Assembly (NCBI GenBank): GCA_963844715.1
Contig: CAWJPJ010000007.1
Span: 416,001 to 480,000 of the forward strand
DNA from: an uncultured Phycisphaerales bacterium
Lineage (GTDB): Bacteria; Planctomycetota; Phycisphaerae; Tepidisphaerales; Tepidisphaeraceae
DNA length: 64,000 nucleotides
Reading direction: 5' to 3'
Made by a program: the position numbers and the translations under genes. Within the stretch, counting starts at the first letter, position 1. Each line of letters opens with the position of its first letter. The notes below the pieces were generated by a model, which searched no databases, was not told the origin of the DNA, and saw nothing but the letters and a program-made list of their open reading frames with translations. Below are positions 46,705 through 56,201 of this stretch, in pieces.

Positions 46705-47603
46705 GCGATGTCCGCGAAGCGGCGTTCGATCTTCTTGAAGTAGTACAAGCCGAAGAGGAGCATGCCCGCGACTTCAACGCAGGCGATAATCAAACCCGGC
46801 CAATCCCAGTGCATGCCCAACAGGGCGGAGCGATAACCGTTGATGATTCCGAAGAGAGGATTGAGGCGAAGCAGCCAGAGTTTCCATGCCGCCAGCGGCG
46901 CCAGGGGATAAGCTACCGGGCTGACGAAGAACCAGCACTGGATCATGAAGGGAAGGACGAAACGGAAATCGCGATAGGTGACGGTCAGGGCCGCAAGGGC
47001 GAAGGCGGTTCCCATGGTGGCCAGGACGGTCAGCAAAAGGAGTACGGGGAAGAGCAGGGTCGAAAGAGGCGGAACGATTCCGCGGCAGAGCATCATGGCA
47101 AAAAAGACGCCGAAGGAAATCATCGTATCGACCAGCGCCGCGCCGATGACGGAAGTCGGGACGAAAAGGCGCGGGAAATAGACCTTGGTGAGGAGATTCT
47201 GCTGATTGACGAGTGATTGGCCGCCGCCGCCGATGCCGGTGGAGAAGAGCATCCAGGGGAGGAGGCCGGCGTAGACGAAGAGGGAGTAGGGCGTGTGGCG
47301 TTCGATGAGTTCCTTGGGCATGTTGGCCGCGAAATTGGCGAAACCGCCGAAGATGGTGGTGAAGATCACCATGTTCACCAGCGGCTGGAGGATCGCCCAG
47401 GCGAAACCGAGGACGGTTTGCTTGTAGCGGACTTTGACGTCGCGCCAGATGAGAAAGTAGAGGAGTTCGCGATAGTGAAAGAGTTCGCCGAAATCGACGG
47501 CGACCCAACCGCGGCTCGGGCGGATTTCAAATTCGGGAATCTCCGCCTCGGGTGGAGCGGGAGCGGCAATGGGGGCGGTACTGGACGTGGCGCTGAGATC
47601 CAT
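46701..47603 (-). CDS. wzm: Polysaccharide ABC exporter permease
   Basis: WRDVKVRYKQTVLG, KVYFPR, YRDFRF, LNPL, ERRFADI. Confidence 0.93.
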   Translation of the reverse strand: MDLSATSSTAPIAAPAPPEAEIPEFEIRPSRGWVAVDFGELFHYRELLYFLIWRDVKVRYKQTVLGFAWAILQPLVNMVIFTTIFGGFANFAANMPKELIERHTPYSLFVYAGLLPWMLFSTGIGGGGQSLVNQQNLLTKVYFPRLFVPTSVIGAALVDTMISFGVFFAMMLCRGIVPPLSTLLFPVLLLLTVLATMGTAFALAALTVTYRDFRFVLPFMIQCWFFVSPVAYPLAPLAAWKLWLLRLNPLFGIINGYRSALLGMHWDWPGLIIACVEVAGMLLFGLYYFKKIERRFADIA

Positions 47604-47646
47604 CTTTGGCAGCTTCCCGAGGTACGGCGGAATCGGCCAGGCAGGT

Positions 47647-47677
47647 CATGCTACCGCCTGAAACACGAAATTGGCAA
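47647..47677 (-). promoter_or_regulatory. ops-like 12-mer GGCGGTAGCATG and/or sigma70 promoter TTGCCA-N18-TAGCAT upstream of wzm
   Basis: Exact GGCGGTAGnnTG match at 47647-47658; alternative -35 box at 47672-47677. Confidence 0.5.
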
Positions 47678-47709
47678 TAAGCGTCTGCTTATTCAGCTTG
47701 CTTCAGAAC

Positions 47710-49023
47710 TTACGATTCATCAGGTATAGGCATCGGCCAGAATGGCTTGTCTGTTTTCTCGCCACGGAGCCATTGATAGATTTCGAGGACACAGCGGGCT
47801 TTGGCGTCCCAGGTGAAATAATGGCGGGCGCGAGCTCGCGCGGCTTTTGAGCGAACGGCGAGGGATTCTGGGTTCTCTACGACGTCCGATAACAACCCGC
47901 GCAAGTGTTCGACAATATGTCCGCGCGATCCGAGGGGGATGAGATAGCCGGTTTGGGGCGTGGCGAGTTCGCCGGGGCCGCCGTAATCGACGACGACGGG
48001 AACCGCGCCCATGGCCATCGCTTCGAGCACGGCAGCGCCGCCGAATTCTCGGACCGACGGGAAGGTGAAGAGGTCGGCCTCGGCGAGGTGATTTTGGAGT
48101 TCGTTGTGCGGGACAAAGCCGAGGAGGCGGACGGATTCGGCCAGCGACTCGCGCTGGATGGTTTGGGAGAGAAGCTCCTTTTGCGGGCCGTCGCCGATGA
48201 TCTCGAGGGTGAGCGCGCCGGATTTGAGCAGGGGCGTGGCGGCTTCGAGGAGCATGTCGGCGCCTTTGTAGGGGACGAGACGGCCGACGAAGATCGCCCG
48301 CAAGGGGCGCTGGGGGGTGCGATCGCGCGGAGTCGTGAAGCGCGCGGGATCGATCGCGTTTTCCGGGACGTAGAAACATTTCGAGTGAAAGCTGCGCGGC
48401 ATTTGCCGCCAGGTGTCGCGGGAGCCGATGAGGATGGCGGCGGCGCAGCGGCGGGTTTGGAGATAGCCGGGAATAAAGCGATGGGCGTCGCGGATATAGG
48501 AGAGCCATTCTTTTTCTCTGCGCCGCGAGCTGTCGAAGCCGGGCGGCCAGGGGACACCGCCGTTGAGTGGGCCGAGCACGAACGGGACGCCGGCTTCGCG
48601 GCATTTGGCGGCGATGGAACTGGGGATGGTGGGGCTCAAGGGGGTGAGGCGATGAACGATGTCGAATTCGCCGGCGGCGATGCGCGGGCCGAATTGCTGC
48701 CAGACGAGGCGTTCGAAATAGGGATAAGCTGCGGCGGCGAGCGCGGTGGTGGTGGTCCACCCTTTGCCTTTGCCGCCGCGGAGGAGGGACGCCAGCGCAT
48801 ATGCGGGGCGGGCGGCGGGCTCGGAGTCGATCGCCGTGAAATCTTTTCCTTCGATGAGGCCGGCCCGCAGGATGGCGTCGCGATTGCGGATTTGGGTCAC
48901 GAGATGGGCGGGGGTGAGCTTTGAGATCGCCTGGCTGTGGGACCAGCCTTCGAGGGGAATGCTGACCCATTCGGGATTGCAGGCCTCGGCGATAAGAAGG
49001 ACCTTCCCGGGGGGTCGCGGCAT
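47710..49023 (-). CDS. GT4 glycosyltransferase
   Basis: AEACNPEWVS, GPLNGG, FVGRLVPYKG, REFGGAAVLEAMA. Confidence 0.92.
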   Translation of the reverse strand: MPRPPGKVLLIAEACNPEWVSIPLEGWSHSQAISKLTPAHLVTQIRNRDAILRAGLIEGKDFTAIDSEPAARPAYALASLLRGGKGKGWTTTTALAAAAYPYFERLVWQQFGPRIAAGEFDIVHRLTPLSPTIPSSIAAKCREAGVPFVLGPLNGGVPWPPGFDSSRRREKEWLSYIRDAHRFIPGYLQTRRCAAAILIGSRDTWRQMPRSFHSKCFYVPENAIDPARFTTPRDRTPQRPLRAIFVGRLVPYKGADMLLEAATPLLKSGALTLEIIGDGPQKELLSQTIQRESLAESVRLLGFVPHNELQNHLAEADLFTFPSVREFGGAAVLEAMAMGAVPVVVDYGGPGELATPQTGYLIPLGSRGHIVEHLRGLLSDVVENPESLAVRSKAARARARHYFTWDAKARCVLEIYQWLRGEKTDKPFWPMPIPDES

Positions 49024-49030
49024 GGGGGGC

Positions 49031-49044
49031 ATTCTACTTACAAT
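49031..49044. promoter_or_regulatory. Back-to-back -10 boxes (bidirectional, probably leaderless)
   Basis: TAGAAT on minus strand 7 nt before ATG 49023; TACAAT on plus strand 8 nt before ATG 49053. Confidence 0.55.
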
Positions 49045-49052
49045 CGGCTGCG

Positions 49053-50265
49053 ATGCTCGGAATCATGATCCCGGAATTTCCGCTTCAGACGCACATATTT
49101 TTTTGGCGCGAGATCGTGGCGTTGAGGGCGATGGGGGTTCCGGTCGCGATATTGTCGACACGGCGTCCGCCGGAGGGAGCGTGCCGGCATGACTTCGCGC
49201 CGGAGGCGCGAGAGGAGACGCATTATGTTTATCCGCCCTCCGCGTCGTCGACGCTGGGGGCGCTTTTTACGAATCCAAAAGTGCGGCGGGCGCTCGGCTA
49301 TTTGATGAAGTTGAAGGAGACGCCGTTTCGCGAAAAATATCGCGGGCTGGGATTGTTTTTGTGCGCGGCGGACCTGAAGGCATATTCGAAGCGGAAGGGG
49401 ATCGAGCACATTCACGTCCACTCGTGCGCGGATGCGGCGCACGTGGCGGCGATGTGCAACATTCTGGGCGGACCGAGCTATAGCCTGACATTGCATGGGG
49501 ATTTGCCGGTGTATGGCGTGGATCATGCGGCGAAGATGGCGCGGGCGGCGTGTATTACCTGCGACGGGCCGCATTTGAAGGAGCAGATCGTCGAGAAGGT
49601 CGGGTATCCGGCGGAGTCGCATTTTGCCGAATTGGATGGGGTTGGATACGGAGCATTTCTCGCCGGCCTCTGGCGCGAACGGAGAGGCTGGGAAACTCAA
49701 GTTGGCGACGGTGGCGCGATTGGATGCGTGCAAGGGGCATCGATTTGCGATCGGTGCGGTGAGAAAGGCGGTCGATGCGGGAATGGATATACGGTACACG
49801 CTGGCGGGGGAGGGGCCGGAGAGACGGAATATCGAGGAGCTTGTCGCGCGATTAAATTTAACAGATCGCGTGACGCTTCTGGGCACGCGCGGGGAATCGG
49901 AGGTCTTGGAATTGCTGCGAAAATCAGATGCGTTTGTTTTGAGCAGCGTGGGGATGGGGGAGGCCGGGCCGATTTCGCTGATGGAGGCGATGAGTTGTGG
50001 ATTGCCGGCGGTTTGCAGCGTGATCGGGGCGACGCCGCAGATGCTGACGGATGGGGTGGAGGGGATGCTTGTACCGCAGGAGGATGAGGGGAAATTGGCT
50101 GACGCGTTTGTTCGGCTGGCGCACGATCCGGAGTTGCGCAAAACTTTGGGGGCGGCGGCTCGGCGGCGCGCGGTGGCGCAATTCGATAGCGCGGCGACCA
50201 CGCGCCGGATGCTGGAGTTCATCGAGCTTCACACGGGGTTGACGTTTTCGAAGGACAAGTCGTAG
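49053..50265 (+). CDS. GT4 glycosyltransferase (indel at ~49620)
   Basis: PEFPLQTHIFFWRE, HVHSCA, TVARLDACKG, EAGPISLMEAMSCG. Confidence 0.9.
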
Positions 50266-52038
50266 GGGGTCTTGGATTTGATCCAGGCGATCGATCGGGC
50301 AATTTTTCTGGCGTAGGCGACGATGTCGGCGGTTCCGCCGCGGCCGCGGGCGGGCTGGCCGTCCCAGATGGCGATCAGGGCATCGCAATGATCGACGATA
50401 AAGAAACCGGCGCGTTCGTAGGCGGCCTGGCGATCTTCCATCGCGGCGGCGGCAGCGCCGGCGGGGGGTTTGCCGCGCGCGGGTTTTTCGGGGGCGGGTG
50501 GGAAGGCGATGGCGTCGGCGGAATTCAACAGAGATTGGAATCGCGTCAGGTCCGTCGCGTTGAAATCACGGCGGTAGTCGTCGGGTTCGAGAGGTAGGAC
50601 GACGCGCAGGCTGGCGTGTCTGTCCTGCATGGCGGCCTCGGCGACGAGGGAATCGGCGCCGGCGGCGATGGCGGAGAGAGCGATCATTGAGTTTTTGCCG
50701 GCTGACAATCGAGTCATTGCTTCGACGATTTTCGCGCGAATCGCGGGCTCGTCCTCGAGCTTTCGATGGCCGGTGACGCCGATGGTCATGCAATTTACAT
50801 CGGCGAGGGGAGGCGTCGGTTTAAAAAAATCCTTGCCGGAGAGGGTGATGCCAAGGGGAGCGAGATGGCGCTGCGCCTGATCGGTGGCGACTTTGATGTT
50901 TCCCCTGGATTTGGATTGCCCGGCGAAGGCGGCCTGATAGCGCGATCGGGCCGCGGAGAGTTCGCCGGTGAGAAGCTCGGCTTCGGCGAGGGTGACTTCG
51001 TCCCAATAGGAAGCGGCGAGCATTTGCTTGTCGCCGGCCCTGGCGACGGCGTCGACGCGGCGGAGGAGGAGTTGGCGCACTTCGCCGGCGAGGCGGCGGG
51101 AATCGGCGCGCGCGCCGAGCCAGAGGGCGGTGGCGGCGGCGTTGATGCCGAGATAGGCGTTGGAACTCTTGGACCCTTCCCAGCCGCCGAGATAGGCGCG
51201 GTGGCTTTTCTGGAGCATGTCGGCTTCGCCGGCGTCGAGGAAGAGCTGCTTGTAAACGCCGGCGATGATGCCGGCGGTTTCGTCGTCGTCGCGGGTTCGG
51301 GCGAGGAGCGGTCCGGCTTTTTCGACGGCTTTCTTCAGATCGCCGCGGCGCTTCCAGGCGAGAACGGTGAGTTGCTGGATGCGCAGGTCGTCGGGAAATT
51401 TGGCGAAGGCCGGGTCGAGGACGGAGAACGCCAATTCGGTTTCGCCGCGGCAGAGGAGGAGATCGGCGATCACGGCGGCGAGCGTGGCGGCGATCATGTG
51501 GGTCGGTTCAGCATCTCCGGCGGAAAGCTGGGCTACGGGATCGAAATCGGATGCGTCGACGGATTTGAGAAAGAGGGCGAGGCGCAGATCGCCGGCGACG
51601 AGGAGGGGGCTCGAATCGGACGTGATGGCGGGGAGCCTTGAACCGAGGCGGAACTGGCAGAAAAACCAGACGATCCAGCGTTCGGCGAAAAGGGCGGCGA
51701 GGTCGGCATCGGCGGGGGTGTGGTGGCGCAGAATATGGCGCACGTCGTTGCCTAATCGGCGCAGGCCGTTCGCCCAATAAAGCGTTGTGGTCGGGACGAA
51801 ATTAAATTGCGTGAGGGTTTCGAGATTGGCGAAGGCGCGTGGCGCTGGGGGTGATGCCGGCCATTTGGACGGCGGCGGCGCTGAGGACTTCGAGAATTCT
51901 GGCGCTATAGAAGATCGTCGCTTCGGTGGCGCCGATGGAGCGGACCGCGTTGAGATGGGTTAAGTCGGAGGCGAGGCTGTAGCCCTCGGCCTGATAGCCG
52001 GCGACCGGCGCGACCAGGCGGTCCGTGATCAATTCCAT
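50229..52038 (-). CDS. HEPN (DUF4145-like) + TPR-S/TRAF-binding-like + SLOG protein (indel at ~51838)
   Basis: ARILE..LRRLGNDVRH; ETAGIIAGVYK..YLGINAA..YWDEVTLAEA; IGVTGHR..AAGADS..YERAG..IWDG..GRGGTADIV. Confidence 0.75.
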
Positions 52039-52040
52039 GA

Positions 52041-53486
52041 TTACCGCTGCGCGGTGTCGTAATACCCGATGAAATAGAGGAATCGGTTCTGGTTCATCAC
52101 CGGGATGTGATACTCGCGGGCCTTGTCGAGAGTCTCGTCGTACGACTGCTGGTCGGCCTGCTCCTCTTTTTGCCGGCGGACGTAGAACGGGTCCTGCAAT
52201 TGTTCATCGGTGAAATCCTCGACGACGGGTTCGGCGCCCATGACGACGAAATCGGTATCCACGTCGATTTTCTTCTGAATCTTTCCGCCCCAGCGATCGA
52301 TGAGGGCGAGAATCTTGTCGCGATCGCCGTCGGTGGGATGGCCGGTGTGGGCCAGATCGAATCGGCCGTAGACGTAGAAATTGAATTTGTTGTTGCGGTC
52401 GTAAATGAGATTGGCGATGAGATCGCCGGCGGAGATGCTCTTGGTGGGCTGAAGCTGAACGACGCGGCACTGGCTGGAGTCGGCGTCGACGCGCTCGACC
52501 TCGATTGAGCCGAGGCCGGTCGGCATATTGTCCTCGCTCATTCCGTCGCCGAGCTTGGGGATGCCTTCATCGCGGTCATACACCTCGAAGGTCATGCCGG
52601 GGACGATGTGATCGCCCATGCCGAGATTGATGTAGACGATGTCGTCAGAAGCGACTTGAATAATCTGGCCCGCCGTTCGCCGGACGATCGCGTCCTCGAC
52701 AGGGACGCGGCGGCCGGAGAGTTTTTCTTTGGCTTCATCGAGATCCTTATTCAACTGCGCGATTTTTGAATTCAGGTCGGCTTCGGTGGTTTCGTATTTT
52801 TTCAGCTCGGCGTTGAATTCGGTCGTGCGCGTTTCCATCGTCTGGCCGTAATCATTGAGCTGCTTCTCGTATTGATTATTGGCGGCCTGGAGCGAGTCGA
52901 GAGCCTTTTGCTTTTCGTCGTTGGCGTGAGCGACGTCCTCCTGGGCCTTGGTGACCAGCTCCTGGGCGTGGGTGATCTGCTGGGCGGCGTCGGCCGCGGC
53001 GGAATCCTGTCCCTTGCGGGCGCTGTCGGCCTGCTGCTGCTGGCTTGCCGCATAGTCCGTCAGAGCGCCGATCGCGCCAACCAGATCAGGCGGCAGAGTA
53101 ATTCCGTTGAGCTTGGCGCTGGCGGCGGCAAGGGCCGCGGTGGCTTTATCAATTGCGGCGGTGGGCTGGGCGACTGTGGTCGCGTCCTTACCCACGATCG
53201 CATCGGATAGGTCTTCCGATTCCTGCATTGAGGCGGCCAGGACCGTATGCTCGCGCAGCTTTGGGTTGCTGTCCTTGTCCCTGAGCAATGCCACAACGTG
53301 GGGGCTGGTGGTGTCCTCAACGTAGGATCGCATGCGATCCTGGGCGGTCTTATAGAGTTCTTCCTCCTTGGACAGAGCGACGCCGTAGTAGATGGCGAGG
53401 ATGGTCGCCAGGACGAAGCCGATAGTGAAAACCACGACCGCGGTGATGAGACCGCCTCGTGAGCCTTGTGGGCTTACGGGTGGCAT
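52041..53486 (-). CDS. Membrane-anchored coiled-coil protein with beta domain and C-terminal BRCT-like domain
   Basis: N-terminal TM, long coiled-coil, VYINLG..GMTFEVYD, WGGKIQKKIDVDTDFVVMG, IPVMNQNRFL. Confidence 0.7.
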   Translation of the reverse strand: MPPVSPQGSRGGLITAVVVFTIGFVLATILAIYYGVALSKEEELYKTAQDRMRSYVEDTTSPHVVALLRDKDSNPKLREHTVLAASMQESEDLSDAIVGKDATTVAQPTAAIDKATAALAAASAKLNGITLPPDLVGAIGALTDYAASQQQQADSARKGQDSAAADAAQQITHAQELVTKAQEDVAHANDEKQKALDSLQAANNQYEKQLNDYGQTMETRTTEFNAELKKYETTEADLNSKIAQLNKDLDEAKEKLSGRRVPVEDAIVRRTAGQIIQVASDDIVYINLGMGDHIVPGMTFEVYDRDEGIPKLGDGMSEDNMPTGLGSIEVERVDADSSQCRVVQLQPTKSISAGDLIANLIYDRNNKFNFYVYGRFDLAHTGHPTDGDRDKILALIDRWGGKIQKKIDVDTDFVVMGAEPVVEDFTDEQLQDPFYVRRQKEEQADQQSYDETLDKAREYHIPVMNQNRFLYFIGYYDTAQR

Positions 53487-53676
53487 AAATTATCCTCCAG
53501 AATTCCTAAACGGACACCCGGTGAGCGATAACCTTCTCACCACTGGCGGCACAGCCGCGGGGCCTTCTCGGCAGGGTGGGACAATCCGCCGTCCGCATGG
53601 ACAACCTCTAATTTAACGCGGCTGGTAAACCCAGGTCAAGAAAATCCGGCTTTGCCCATGTAAAGGGTCGTTTTTG

Positions 53677-54631
53677 CTATGGGTTAACGAAACAATCTTC
53701 CCCTTTTATCGAGGAATTGATGACCCCAAGGTCCGACAACTGTTTTGCCAGCTCGTTCCAGCGGTCGGCGGTCATGGTCCCAAGACCGGCGGTTTTGGTC
53801 TGGTCGGTCTCAATAAGGGGCTTTTGGGCGGCGGCGGCTTCGGTGAATGTCTGGGCGTCCATGTCGGAATTCAACTGGTGCATGAGGGCATCGGCGGGGG
53901 CCGGATCGTCGAGATAGGCGCGCCAGCCTTCGCGGCAGGCGGCGGCCATGGCGCGAACGCGAACCGGGTCGCTGCGCCATAGATCGCCTTTGCAGATTAC
54001 GACGGTTGTATAGGGATTGAATCCCTCGTCGGCGATGAGGAAGGTTTGCGGATCGGAGCCCTGATGTGTGGCCAGGATCGGCTCGCTGGTGACGAAGCAT
54101 TGCTGGGAGTAATCGGTCTTGGCGAGAAAGTCGGCGATGCCGCCGTCGTAGCCGGCGATCTTCACCTGCGGGGGGCCGAATTTTTTCAGCAGGTAGTGCA
54201 GCCAGGAATTATCCTCGGCCAGGAGGACGCCGTCGTGAGTGAAGACATCGCGGATGCTGGTGAAGCCGCGGGATTTGTGGACCATGATCCCCTGGGGGAA
54301 GGTCTGATAGACGGTGAAGAACGCGATCACGTCCGCGCCGCTGGCGCGGGCGATGAGAACCTGATCGGCGGCGGTGGTGGCGAAATCGGTTTTTCCGGTG
54401 GCGACCAGTTGCCAGGTATCGGCACCTTCCCCGGCGGGTTTGATATCGGCGGCCAGGCCGTGGTTGGTGAAGGATCCCTTGATCTGTCCGGCGTAGAAGC
54501 CGCCGAATTCGGGTTCGGGTTTCCAATCCAGAGTGAGTGAGACGGGGGAGATGTTTTTGCGCGGTGGCGCGCGTCGAGCAGATTGCGGCGGGGAGAAGAA
54601 GAAGGAGAAGCGGGAGATATTTTTTGAGCAT
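53677..54631 (-). CDS. ABC importer substrate-binding protein, NMT1/THI5-SsuA family (indels in 5' part)
   Basis: Signal peptide; LDWKPEPEFGGFY in the corrected frame; QQCFVTSEP, GFNPY. Confidence 0.82.
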
Positions 54632-55402
54632 CAGGCTTGTTCCTTTTCGGAGGCGTGCCAATGGCGGAGGAGGAGTCTACCGGCGAGATTGACGGCGGCA
54701 AACATCGCCAGACCGAGGAGGGACGCCATGAGCACGTAGGCGAACATGGCGTCGGTTTTGCCCAATTTTTTCGCCGAGATGATGCGAACGCCGAGCCCCT
54801 CGGCGGTTCCCAGCAGCCCGACGAGAAATTCGCCGACGACCGTTCCGATGACCGCCAGCCCGGCCGCGACTCGAAGGCCGGTGATGATGTTGGGCGTCGC
54901 CGAGGGAAATCGCAGCTTCCAAAGGCGGTCGAAGTCCGAGGCGCCGTTGAGGCGAAATAAATCTTCCAGAGCGGGATCGACGGAGAGCAGCCCGGCCAAG
55001 GTGTTGGCGATGACCGGGAAAACGGAGACGACCAGGGCACTGATCGCCACGGCGGGAAGGCCTGGGCCGCACCAGATCATCAGCAGCGGGGCGATGGCGA
55101 CGATGGGGACGGTCTGGAAAAAGACGGCGTAGGGGTAAAACGCCCGCCGAACCAGAGACGAACCGGCTAGCGCGATAGCCAGGGCAATTCCGAGGAAAGC
55201 GGCGGCGAAGAAGCCGATCAGCGCCGCCTCGGCGGTGGTTTCCAGGGCGGTCGAGCAAATCCCGGGGATTTGAATACATGAATTCGATGACCGCCGTCGG
55301 GGTGGGAAGCAAGAATCTGGGCACGTGAAACGCGCGGATGAGAACTTCGGCGATTGCCATCGCGGCGAGAAAAACGACAACGGGAGGCCAGATGCGTCTC
55401 AC
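54631..55402 (-). CDS. ABC importer permease, SsuC/TauC-like (indel at ~55260)
   Basis: LPTP, QTVPIVAIAPL, FPVIANT, LAVIGTVVGEF; GTGA overlap with the ATPase gene. Confidence 0.88.
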
Positions 55403-56166
55403 GCGCCTCCCCGGCGGAGGGCGTCGTAAATCAATCGGGCGGCGGCGGCAAATTCGGGAGTGGTGCGGATGGAATGGTCGCGCCGGGCGGACAGATCGAT
55501 GCGCAAATCGTCGACAATCTGGGCGGGACGGCGGGTGAGGACGACCGCGCGATCGGCGAGGAAAGTCGCCTCGGCGGTGGAGTGGGTGACGAATAAAATG
55601 GTCATGCGGTGCGCGAGCCACAGAGTACGGAGTTGCTCGTCGAGCTTTTGGCGGGTGATTTCGTCGAGGGCGGCGAAGGGCTCGTCGAGAAGAAGCAATT
55701 TGGGCTGAGCGACCAGGGCGCGGGCGAGGGAGACGCGCATTTTCATGCCGCCGGAGAGTTGGGCGGGGTATCTGCGGAGGGCGTCGGATAGATCGACCTT
55801 GTCGAGAGCTTCGGCTGCGGCGTCGAGGCGTTCGGATTTTGCGATGCCTCGGAGTTCCAGGGGGAGGGCGACGTTGCGCAGGACGTTCCGCCAGGGGAGG
55901 AGATGAGCGTCCTGGAAAACAAAGGCGATGGAGCGGCGGTCGAAATGTTCGCCGCGATCGACGGAGCCGGAGGTGGGGCGGTCGAGGCCGGCGACGATTC
56001 GTAACAGCGTGGACTTTCCGCAGCCTGATGGGCCGAGGATGGCGACGAATTCGCCGGGGGGGATGTCGAGTGTGATGCCGGCGAGCGCGGGGACGGTTCC
56101 GTCGAAGGTTCGCCGCAGGTCGCGGATGCGGACGGGGCTGGCGGCTGGCGCGGCTTGGCTGGGCAT
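55399..56166 (-). CDS. ABC importer ATP-binding protein, SsuB/TauB-like
   Basis: GPSGCGKST, LSGGMKMR, LLLDEPFAALD, FVTH. Confidence 0.92.
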   Translation of the reverse strand: MPSQAAPAASPVRIRDLRRTFDGTVPALAGITLDIPPGEFVAILGPSGCGKSTLLRIVAGLDRPTSGSVDRGEHFDRRSIAFVFQDAHLLPWRNVLRNVALPLELRGIAKSERLDAAAEALDKVDLSDALRRYPAQLSGGMKMRVSLARALVAQPKLLLLDEPFAALDEITRQKLDEQLRTLWLAHRMTILFVTHSTAEATFLADRAVVLTRRPAQIVDDLRIDLSARRDHSIRTTPEFAAAARLIYDALRRGGA

Positions 56167-56201
56167 CTTCAAGGACCTAACATAAGCCGGAGAGTCACCG
56201 C

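Noticed and set aside
53677..56166. Specific substrate (thiamine precursor, riboflavin, sulfonate) for the ABC importer
   Set aside because: No riboswitch or pathway gene nearby; family motifs alone do not fix the substrate.
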